Positions 1 through 11,300 of a stretch of 64,000 nt of DNA are shown here, piece by piece. Both the position numbers and the translations under genes were made by a program. This stretch comes from Macrostomum hystrix (lineage: Eukaryota; Animalia; Platyhelminthes), in contig CATNEN010000025.1 of NCBI GenBank assembly GCA_950097015.1, positions 3,968,001-4,032,000 of the forward strand, in the 5' to 3' direction. The notes under the pieces are model-generated. The model had not been told where the DNA came from. It saw only the letters and a list, made by a program, of their open reading frames with translations, and did not search any database. Every line of letters starts with the position of its first letter. Positions within the stretch are counted from its first letter, which is position 1.

Positions 1-1
1 G

Positions 2-325
2 CGCCTCATCAGCCTGCTGGCCGAGGAGATTCGCCACGCTCAAAGCTCTGTCAGCCTGGAGCCCTTTAGCTCAGGCGCTGGCGGTTGGCGCGCCGAGCAG
101 ATTGTCTATGGCACAACCCACTTTCCCTGGGAGCTGTTAGCCTCACTGCAGCAGCATCAGCAACAGCAGCAGCAGCAGCGGCAGAGGCGCGGTGGAGCCA
201 GTCGGCGCAGTAGGCCTCTGTTGGGCTGCATTTTGTCTACCAGCAGTGGTCACGTGGCTTTCAACTGCCTGGCTTCGTTGGCCATTTTCCGAAAAGCCGA
301 AGTGAAGCCAGTGGGCTCGGAATGA
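2..325 (+). CDS. 3' end of an unidentified protein-coding gene entering from the left edge
   Basis: Frame +2 is open from base 2 to TGA at 323-325 (RLISLLAEEIRHAQ...WELLASLQQHQQQQ...KPVGSE*), GC-rich and protein-like. No family recognised. Confidence 0.45.
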   Translation, partial: RLISLLAEEIRHAQSSVSLEPFSSGAGGWRAEQIVYGTTHFPWELLASLQQHQQQQQQQRQRRGGASRRSRPLLGCILSTSSGHVAFNCLASLAIFRKAEVKPVGSE

Positions 326-420
326 TAGCAACTGTTGGCTCATTGTGGCTGAGCACCAATGGAACTTGAAAAACTTTGTTTTAAATAGGGAAATAGGGTC
401 GGGTTAAGCAGGAGTCTATG

Positions 421-605
421 CAAGAATCGAAGCAGAAGCCTTAGCGAGAATCGAAGCAGAAGCCTTAGCGAGAATCGAAGCAGAAGCCTTAGCGAGAATC
501 GAAGCAGAAGCATTAACCAGAATTGAAGCAGACTCCATAGCGAGAATCGAAGCAGACGCCTTAACCAGAATCGAAACAGAAGTCTTAGCGAGAATCGAAG
601 CGGAA
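421..605. repeat. 24-bp tandem repeat (gaatcgaagcagaagccttagcga), ~7 copies
   Basis: Directly visible periodicity; explains ORF 340..630. Confidence 0.9.
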
Positions 606-1223
606 GCCCTAACCAGGCTTTGGTTGACATTGAGTGCTGGTTGTGGTTGAGATTGAGTACTTGCTTTGGTTGAGATTGTGTAGCTTTGGTTGAGATTGTG
701 TAGCTTTGGTTGAGATTGAGTACTGGCTTAGATTGAGACTGAAAGCGGTTTTTTGTTGTTTCAGTTCTGCGCAGCGCTCAGCATACTATGCCCCTCTGTT
801 ATATAGTACAGATCGCAAATCACCACTTATTGACAGTATTTTCCTCACCCGAAGATCACACTGTTATTTTATAACGAAAATCTAAAACTAAATTTTCCTT
901 GGTGTTGCTTTTGTATGAAACTTTGTCCTGAATAGTGATTTGAGCACTGAATCGATGTAAAAAGGAGCTAGACTTGTGATTATTTTAGACGGCTTTAAAA
1001 TAGAGCAGTTTGATTGTATTTTCGTCAGTATTTTACTAAATTCCTAAATAATCCAGCAATTCAGCACCTCTTTGACTGTTCAATGGGTGAAAAAATATAT
1101 GAAATTCCTAGCTTCTTAAACTATCAGTAGAGCTACCAAGGGAGGGAATACCCTCCTGCAGTTATTTGTGCTGCACCTGAACGGAGCAACGCAAGCTCAC
1201 AAAACTCATGAACACGCGTCAAC

Positions 1224-1906
1224 TTTTTGTTGCGCATCTTCTGAAACAAGAATCACGTCGCCAGCCCTTCAGATCGTCGAGATATTCAATGGTTCTGGCC
1301 GAAGGTCAGATCTTTCCCTTAAGAGCTAGTGCATTTCCTACACTCGTATATACTGCGCCTCAGTACCGCATTGCCAGGCCTTCAAACTTTATCAGCATGT
1401 CACCTGAATGTTCCTGCATCATCTCCGACATTTTTTGTTTACTGACCTTTATCTAGACGGAGCTGCTGGACCTTCAAAAAGTGGCACCAGTCAAATATTG
1501 ACACCCTGATGCAAATTTCTTCCATTTCGCTGATCAAGCTTCAATATGGGACAAAGCTCAACCACAGGACACTCGCCTAGTCTGTCAACTAACCAGTCAC
1601 CGCCCTGAAGCCGCCGGCAGAGTGCCTACAGCTGGCTATGGAGTCCCTTAGGCGAATTTTTCTAGTTTCTCAGATGAAGCCTCGATATTAGCCTAAACTT
1701 AACCAAAACTTGTCGAAGGTCCAGCAGGTCTGTCTAGATAAAGGTGAGTAGCCTGGCAATGCGGCACTTGGACGCAGTGTATACGAGTGTAGGAAATGCA
1801 CTGGCTCTTAAGGGAAAAATCTGACCTTCGGCCAGAACCATTGAATATCTCGACGATCTGAAGGGCTGGCGACTTGATTCTTGTTTCAGAAGATGCGCAA
1901 CAAAAA
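1224..1906. repeat. Inverted duplication, arms ~1224-1475 and ~1715-1906
   Basis: ORFs 1208..1456(+) and 1734..1973(-) share FVAHLLKQES.RQPFRSSRYSMVLAEGQIFPLRASAFPTLVYTA; the left arm has an extra ~60 bp. Confidence 0.85.
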
Positions 1907-2390
1907 TTTGGCCCGTGTTCTTGAGTTTCGTGTGCTTGCGTTTCTCTGTTAACGGAGATGACTTAATATTCATTACTTACAACTGATAAAAAAACGAAAA
2001 TATTCAAACAACATTATTTTCAATAATTTAAAATAACAACTTTCACAACGTAAAATCAAGCTAAACATAATCGGCATATCTTACTTTTAGTAGCGTATAT
2101 TTGGTTTATACTCGTATTATTCATGAGTCGTAAAAATGCGACTTTTGTTTTGTTTCTGTATTGCGTCAATAGTTGATCGGAGGTAGATAACCAGCGTGTT
2201 GATTTTCTCAGCAGTTGGATTGGATGGGATTTTATTAGATTTGTTTTTTGCTAATAGATTGAATCGATTGCAACAAGGAATATTTTGACTTCGATGTTTT
2301 TTTACAAAGTAGTATTTTTTTCTTTTAGTGCGGTTTCATTAAGTCAGTAGAAGTCCTCCATCTGAGCAGCTGCAGTCTTGAGAATAGTCT

Positions 2391-5300
2391 TCAGTGCAGC
2401 ATTATGAGACTCTCGGCAGCTAATGTGGAATATCGCAGCTCAACCTCGGTGTCGGCTGGGTCTTCGTCTAATTCAGCGTCCTCCTCCTCCATGATCATCA
2501 AGTCGCAGTCGCGATCTTCGTCATCGTCGGCAAGGCGGACCGGTAGCAGCTGCTCCGCCGATGAGTGCACCGCGTGCAGCCTGATCAGGGCGCCACCGCG
2601 CATTGGGACTTCGCTGGAAGGAGACTGGCGAAACGGCTGCTGCTGCTGATGCTGATGCTGGGTTGGCAAACTCGAGGTAGCCGCTTTAGTCTCGGCGTCG
2701 CGAAACTGACGGTGCCTCGAGTAGATCTCGCGGCTGATGGATGGCATTGCCGATTCACTGAGTGGTCATGAGTGGTTTCAACTGGATGGGATAGGATGGG
2801 ATGGGATGGGATGGGATGGGATGGGATGGGATGGGATGGGATGGGATGGGATGGGATGGGATGGGATAGGATGGGATGGGATGGGATGGGATGGGATAGG
2901 ATGGGATGGGATGGGATGGGATGGGATGGGATGGGATGGGATAGGATGGGATGGGATGGGATGGGATGGGATGGGATGGGATGGGATGGGATGGGATGGG
3001 ATGGGATGGGATGGGATGGGATGGGATGGGATGGGATGGGATGGGATTGGATGGGATGGGAAGTCAAATATAAAATTAAGGGTGTGACATCAGAGTTTTT
3101 TAGCAATCGACTAAAAAGTGTGGGAAATAGCACAGTGATGTGATTGCATCCTTACCAGATAAGAACCAGCGCAACCACAACTGCCAATAGGAACAGACCG
3201 GTAGCGACGAACACGGGTATAATCCACATTGTCAGCAGGGTGTCCGTGTGTGCCCTGCCTGCAGTGACAGTTTACTCAATTATTAGCAGCTACAGAATCC
3301 ATTCTATGAATCTTCCATAAACTATACTTTAAAGACAGTTGGAATCTTCCATAAACTATACTTTAAAGACAGTTGGAATCTTCCATAAACTATACTTTAA
3401 AGACAGTTGGAATCTTCCATAAACTATACTTTAAAGACAGTTGGAATCTTCCATAAACTATACTTGAAGTACAATTGGAATCTTCCATAAACTATACTTG
3501 AAGTACAATTGGAATCTTCCATAAACTATACTTTAAAGACAGTTGGAATCTTCCATAAACTATACTTGAGGGACAATTGAATTTTTCCAAAACAGCACTT
3601 GACGGGCAATTGGAATCTACTTAAAAATTGTACTTTAATGGCTTAAGCAGAAGAACTACAGAACTGTTTCATGTCTTACTTAAAGAGCCATCCGTTTCCA
3701 TGGCAACAGCGGAGCCGGATGCCAGCAGCGGCAGTGCTCGCCCCTGTTCAGGCTGAGTTAAGTTGAATAGTTTGAGACCGGACTCGGCAAAGCTGGCCGC
3801 TCCTGAGGCAGATGGCAGCGGTGACGGAGTGCAGGCAACGATGTGGCCAAGCGAGTCGAGTACAGCTGAGAAGTAGGTCGGGCACTGGCAGCGGCCCAGC
3901 TGGTTGCAATAGGCAAACCGAACCGAACAGGGCGGGTGACAGCGCCGCCGTGACGAAGGCTTGATCGAATCTGTGCACCCGCCTACAGGTGATATCCAGG
4001 TGCGTGATTCTTGGGCATACTCGGCATTATATATTTAGTACGCAATTTTATGTGATGATCGCTTCTGAGTAGAATTCAGGTAGAGTAGCTCGTTTGACAA
4101 CAATTAAATAGAGAAAACTCAGGATCAACATTTAAATTTTTTTGAATTTTGCCAATGCATTTCGACCACAATCGGTCATCTTCAGGGCAGACACATCAAT
4201 TAAACACACAGAACCAAGTTATATATATTTTTTTAAGAAATGAAAACTGTACATTGCAAAGTGCGAATCAATATCGGTCCAGTCCGGTTAACAAGAGAAA
4301 AAAACAACAACCAAATAAAGTTCAACGACGCTTCTACCATAGCTAAAACACATTGAGTTGGCGGCTTGCACCCGCATGGCTAACTGACTGTTCAAATATG
4401 GTTTCTGAGCCTTAATGTACATAGCCTCGAGAATATTCAATTTGTTTTCTTGGCTACAGGAATCAATCACTTTAAACATATCACAACAGTTCTTATTGCA
4501 ACAGGAGTTACACGAGAGAAGGTGCTCATTGATGGCAGAATTTCTAATCCAATGCTCCTTAACCCTTGTGTACAAGTGTCGCTTAGTTTTACCTATGTAG
4601 GAGATGTTCTGATCCACAGAACAATGAAATTTATACACGACACCTGCAACAAGTGGTCTAGGAACATGGGACTTCAGCCTGCAGACAAACTGAGCAATCT
4701 TTTCCGTGCGGAACAAAACCCGGAGCTGGGAATCAATGTTACTTCTAAAAAATTTTTCCACTTTCTTCCCAAACTCCATGGAGCAGAGGCCCAAAAAAGG
4801 AACCACAATCACGGGGCTACGATCATTATTGGGATCTTTCTTCTGAGTATAGTTTTGACCAGAAAATTTCTTGCAGAGAAACCTATTAATGATGTTGGAA
4901 ATATGACCACGAGGGTATCCATTCATCATGAACAACCGAGTAAGCTGCTCCAGCTCATCATGTAAAAGCTTCCAGGAACTGCAAATCAGTCGCACTGATT
5001 GTCGCACTGATTCAGTCGCGCAGAAATTGATTCGCACTTTGCAATGTACAGTTTTCATTTCTTAAAAAAAATATATATACAACTTGGTTCTGTGTGTTTA
5101 ATTGATGTGTCTGCCCTGAAGATGACCGATTGTGGTCGAAATGCATTGGCAAAATTCTAAAAAATTTAAATGTTGATTCTGAGCTTCTGAGTAGGTTTGA
5201 GAATTATAGGGTTTTACGATTTCAGCAGATTTGAAAATATCATTGTAAATTGGAACAGATTTGAATAGAATAGGTGGTAGACATGAATATATTTGAGTAT

Positions 5301-8300
5301 ATTTGAGTAGACTCTATCGTAATTACTGAAATAAAAAGTATATTAGATAGGCTTAAGGAGGTAAATATAGTTACTCGAATCTACTGGTTTGATCCCAGTG
5401 TAGATATCCTTTAGACAACCGATTATTTCCCCCCGCAGGTGTTCGCCATTAATTGCTCGTTAGGCTGACAGCTTAGTTGAAATTCGCTAGCAATTCATTT
5501 GCGAGTAACCCAGCCTTTGAAGCTACAGAGAAGGCCCGCTAGAAGGTACTCGTAGGTCACGAGCTCGAATTGTGATTATCGTGAGGCACGCCCTCACCTG
5601 TTTGAATGATGCATGCTACACCACCCCATAAACAACCCTCACCTTAATATAGATTCGGCACTCTAATGATTAGGAATAAGAAGAACTACTAATTGAGACT
5701 AAGTTTTTGCAACTGATATTTTTTGCTAAATCAGAGCTGTCACATCCCACTGATGCAGAGCTGTCAGATCCCACTGATGCAGAGCTGTCACATCCCACTG
5801 ATGCAGAGCTGTCAGATCCCACTGATGCAGAGCTGTCACATCCCACTGATGCAGAGCTGTCAGATCCCACTGATGCAGAGCTGTCAGATCCCACTGATGC
5901 AGTGCTGTCACATCCCACTGATGCAGAGCTGTCACATCCCACTGATGCAGAGCTGTCAGATCCCACTGATGCAGAGCTGTCAGATCCCACTGATGCAGAG
6001 CTGTCACATCCCACAGTTGCAGAGCTGTCACATCTCACTGATGCAGTGCTGTCACATCCCACTGATGCAGAGCTGTCAGATCCCACTGATGCAGAGCTGT
6101 CAGATCCCGCTGATGCAGTGCTGTCACATCCCACTGATGCAGAGCTGTCACATCCCACTGTTGCAGAGCTGTCACATCTCATTGAGGCAGTGCTGTCACA
6201 TCCCATTGAGGCAGTGCTGTCACATCCCATTGAGGCAGTGCTGTCACATCCCATTGAGGCAGTGCTGTCACATCCCACTGATGTAGAGCTGACACATCCC
6301 ACTGATGCAGAGCTGACACATCCCATTGAGGCAGTGCTGTCACATCCCATTGAGGCAGTGCTGTCACATCCCATTGAGGCAGTGCTGTCACATCCCACTG
6401 ATGTAGAGCTGTCACATCCCACTGATGCAGAGCTGACACATCCCATTGAGGCAGTGCTGTCACATCCCATTGAGGCAGTGCTGTCACATCCCATTGAGGC
6501 AGTGCTGTCACATCCCATTGAGGCAGTGCTGTCACATCCCATTGAGGCAGTGCTGTCACATCCCATTGAGGCAGTGCTGTCACATCCCATTGAGGCAGTG
6601 CTGTCACATCCCATTGAGGCAGTGCTGTCACATCCCACTGATGTAGAGCTGACACATCCCATTGAGGCAGTGCTGTCACATCCCACTGATGTAGAGCTGA
6701 CACATCCCACTGATGCAGAGCTGACACATCCCATTGAGGCAGTGCTGTCACATCCCATTGAGGCAGTGCTGTCACATCCCATTGAGGCAGTGCTGTCACA
6801 TCCCATTGAGGCAGTGCTGTCACATCCCATTGAGGCAGTGCTGTCACATCCCATTGAGGCAGTGCTGTCACATCCCACTGATGTAGAGCTGACACATCCC
6901 ACTGATGCAGAGCTGACACATCCCATTGAGGCAGTGCTGTCACATCCCATTGAGGCAGTGCTGTCACATCCCATTGAGGCAGTGCTGTCACATCCCATTG
7001 AGGCAGTGCTGTCACATCCCATTGAGGCAGAGCTGTCACATCCCACTGATGCAGAGCTGTCACATCCCACTGTTGCAGAGCTGACACATCCCATTGAGGC
7101 AGTGCTGTCACATCCCATTCAGGCAGTGCTGTCACATCCCATTCAGGCAGTGCTGTCACATCCCATTGAGGCAGTGCTGTCACATCCCATTGAGGCAGTG
7201 CTGTCACATCCCATTCAGGCAGTGCTGTCACATCCCATTGAGGCAGAGCTGTCACATCCCATTGAGGCAGTGCTGTCACATCCCATTCAGGCAGTGCCGT
7301 CACATCCCATTGAGGCAGAGCTGTCGGATTCCATTGAGACAGTGCTGTCACATCCCATTGAGGCAGTGCTGTCACATCCCATTGAGGCAGTGCTGTCACA
7401 TCCCATTGAGGCAGTGCTGTCACATCCCATTGAGGCAGAGCTGACACATCCCATTGAGGCAGTGCTGTCACATCCCATTGAGGCAGTGCTGTCACATCCC
7501 ATTGAGGCAGTGCTGTCACATCCCATTGAGGCAGTGCTGTCACATCCCACTGATGCAGAGCTGTCACATCCCATTGAGGCAGAGCTGTCAGATTCCACTG
7601 AGACAGAGCGGTCAGTTCGATTGAGCAACCACAGATTATGAGGAATAAAGTACCCCAGCAGAAGCAGCAGCCATGGAATTACTTACACGATGCAAAACCA
7701 AATACTTACTGAAAGCCTCCTTTGCAACGAAGCGAAATTTTACTGCTATGTTTACTTAAGCTTCTAACAAAATGGATTACTTTGAGCGAAATCAAGGCCT
7801 GATAATAAATACCGCTTCAGTGTTTGCAGCCTCGATTTGTTCTCATTGGTCGGCAGCTTTGAGGGAAACACGAAAACACAGGATTAGATTGGTACTTCCT
7901 GATCCCAAGGTTTTAACACTGTCATCAGGATCTGTCACTCTCATCTCTATCCGCATGATCTGTCACTCTTATCCTCTCTGTCCCGATGATCTGTCTCTCG
8001 CACCCTCTCCATTCCCAATGAGTGTCGCATTCCTAGTTTTTCAGTTCCCTGTCCCTCAACAGGACTGCAAAGCATTTCGCACCTTCGGCTAGTTCGCCAC
8101 TCTCATTCTGGCACCAGACTTCGCGAATGCCGTCGGCAGTGGACCAATCGGTGACCGTCCAGTGGTAGTAGGGGCAGCCGGCGCTGCTGCAGGGCCGCTG
8201 TTCGATGATTCGCTGCTCCGGGCATGTCTTTGTCTGCGAATTTATCTCTGCGAATGCTACCCGGCTGCGGTACTGCAAACCTTCTGTGTTGTGAGATGCT

Positions 8301-11300
8301 TTGAGTCAGTTCTACGTGAATCGTCAATGGTTAATGGTCAATTCTAATCAACGGTCAGTTCTAATCTAGGGGCAATTATAATCTACGGGGTCAATTCTAA
8401 TCTAGGGTCAATGGGTCAATTCTAATCTACGGTCAATTCTAATCTACGGTCAATCGGTATATTCTACGGTCAATTCTAATCTACAATCAATTTTAATCTA
8501 CGGTCAATTCTAATCTACGGTGAATTCTAATCTAGGTCAATGGGTCAATTATAATCTACGGTGAATTCTAATCTAGGTCAATGGGTCAATTATAATCTAC
8601 GGTGAATTCTAATCTAGGTCAATGGGTCAATTATAATCTACGGTGAATTCTAATTCAAGGTCAATTCTAACCTATGCTCAATTGTAATCCACGGTCAATT
8701 CTACGTCACTTGGCCTCCTTCCTCACCCGTGAAATTGAAGTAGCACGGAGTCTGGCAGGCGGACCATTTTGACCAGTCGGACACCTGACAGTCCTGCGGA
8801 CAGGGCAACTCGCACGCCTCAACTAGCTGAAATTTTATAATAGAAGAAATTCGTGTTAAAAACTGAAATATGGTGACATCGTATAGTTCGTCCTTACCGG
8901 TGCGTCGATTCCAAGAAACACAGCGGCGCAGAACTCGTCAGGGACCGCTTCGCGTCGCCCTATGTCAAAACAGATCGGCCTCCGGGTTCGCTCACCAGAG
9001 CCGCACCGGTAGGGACCTCGGCGAGCTGTAGACTCCGGCGACTGTTCAGAAACGCGACACCTGGACCAATCGGTCAGCTTCCAGGTGAGACAGCGGGCCG
9101 GGTTGCGACACGGCTGAGTTTCGGTCATCCCGGCTGGACAGGGTCGACCAATGCCGGACTGGCGAATGAGTAGGCCGCGACTGCGATTTCTGGTGCTGAC
9201 ACCTGCGCCAATTTCGGCAAGATTGTTTTTGGTCTATGGCCCAAACTCAGGCAATGTGGCTAGCTGGAAGTGCAGTGCTAGCCACTAGCTTCATAGGTCG
9301 ACTTGTCTATGGCCAAGATCGATTTTTCAAACTAAAACCAGCTCTTTTTATAAATTTCTTTGCCAAACTATTAAATATGGTTTTAACCATAGACATTTCT
9401 CTCAACTGAAAGGAAGTAAATGTATCGAAAATATTGGGGAAAGTTGATTTTCTAACTTTTGATTTTCGCAATAATAGAAGAACATAAAAAGTATCTTTGT
9501 TCTGAATAATCGTGACGGCTTTGGCCATAGACTATGCGCCAAGCGGACCGAATCCTACTCACCCAGTCGGCAGTTGTCCTCGCAGGGCGTCCACTCGGAC
9601 CACTGCGTCAGTACGCAGTCTCTGTCGCATGGCGGCTGGCACGCCTCCGTCAGGATCTCGCCACCCTCTACGGCCTCGACGCCCTCAGCGTCGCAATTTT
9701 CGTCGTCAACCCGACGACCGTCGACGACGCGTAGGCACACGCGTCTTCGGCTGCGTCGGCCGCTATCTGCGCCACCGCAGGCCGCCGCTGGCGTCACCGG
9801 CCGGCAGGGCGACCAGTCGGTGAGGGCGCGCCTGTGCAGGCCGCAGGTCTGGCCCCGGACGCAGGCCTGCGACTCACGCAGCTGGTTCTCTATGCGGCAG
9901 GTGCCGCGGTAGTCTGCGGGGTCGCGAAGGGGGGAGGGATGGTGTGCTCACCAACTCATCGTCATCATTTCATCGTCAGTTAATGAGAAAAGCTCTGAGC
10001 AGTCTCCAAGTAGATGAGATTGTAGTCCAGTTGCTTGTAATCCGATAAACCATAGAGATGAAGAGGGAAGCAATTTCAGTTTGTGACCAACTTGATGGAA
10101 GGATATGAGGTCCCTCTCTGTTAACTCTTTGTATCCGATTTCTACATAGGCTGACCAGAACTCGTAAACGGCCGACTGCTTCAGAAATGCAGCAAATTCC
10201 ATAAAATAAAGAAAGTCACAGAGCAATCAGTTAGATAAAAGGACATGAAAGGTCCATGAACTGGGGCTGCCAAACTCTTGCTATTGTAGCCTGAGGTGAG
10301 ACTCGAACTCCCGACCTCTCGACCTCATATCCGAAGCCGTAAGCTACTCGTACTTTTGATGAAGCTACAAACAGGAGCCACAGTATGATCGATATCAAAC
10401 TCAGCGGGCACTCACTCTCGCGAAGCACTGTCCTACGGCGTGTTCGCATCGCTTGGTCGCGTCGAAAGCCGCCGACTCGATCCGGGCAGTCCGGGCACAA
10501 TGTCCAAGGCGTCCAGTCGCTCAGCACGCAGTCGCCAGGGCAGGGCAGCTCGCAGCGCCTCGTGGTGATTGGCCGACCGCCAGGTGCAAATCTGTCGCAC
10601 AGGGCGACGTCCACCTCTTCACCGTCTCCATCCTCTTCGTCAATCTCGACATCTGGCTGTCGTCGAGTTCGCCAGCATCGTAACCCACGACGCGAGATGC
10701 CTTGGCCGCAGGCATCGGCGATGGTCACCACCTTGCAGGGCTCCCAGTCGCCCGCCAGCCAAGCGAAGCTCTCGCAGGCTGGACTGCACGGCTCTGACTC
10801 TTCGCCCTGGTTAACTGGACAGGCGCGCCCGCCCCAGCGAGCCTGACGCAGCGGCCATCTCTGGCGTCGTCTGAGCCCAGAGCAGGTGGCGGAGCAGCCG
10901 CCCCATGGGCCCCAGTCGGACAGGCGGCAGTCCACGGGGCAGGGAAACTCGCACGGCTCAGTCAGAAGGAGCGCCTTCGTCTTGCACAGTCGCTCAGGCA
11001 CCTGGCGACCGTAGCTATCCTGGCAGGCCTGCGATCGGAACTTCAGCCCGCGGCCGCAGTCGCCGCCGACATTGTCGTCGACGTTGCCTGATGCGCCAGA
11101 CGGCTCGACAAGCGCACGAGCGAGCCTTGGATCCGGGCGCAGCATCAGGCAGGAGCTCCACTGACCCACTGGCACCAGGCGAAACTCACCGCTGTCGCCG
11201 CCGTTGGCATCTCCTCCAGCCAGCTCAGAACTGATGCCGTCCTTACTTTCTCCACTGGCACTGGGGCGGCCATTGCAGACGCAGTCGGAGCGCTGGTTGA

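Larger units (their letters stand above)
4073..5182 (-). mobile_element. 5'-truncated Penelope-like element with inverted terminal arms
   Basis: ORF encodes the PLE RT C-terminus (ICSSWKLLHDEL...NGYP) and a GIY-YIG endonuclease (VVYKFHC...SYIGKTKRHLYTRVKEH...LEAMYIKAQKPYLNSQ). ~155-bp inverted arms at 4118-4272 and 5026-5183. Flanking 12-bp direct repeat gcttctgagtag at 4061-4072 and 5183-5194 is a candidate TSD. Confidence 0.9.

Noticed and set aside
5670-7641. Long ORFs (482-644 aa) on both strands
   Set aside because: Pure 24-bp array inside a THSD7 intron; open in several frames with no unique coding context.
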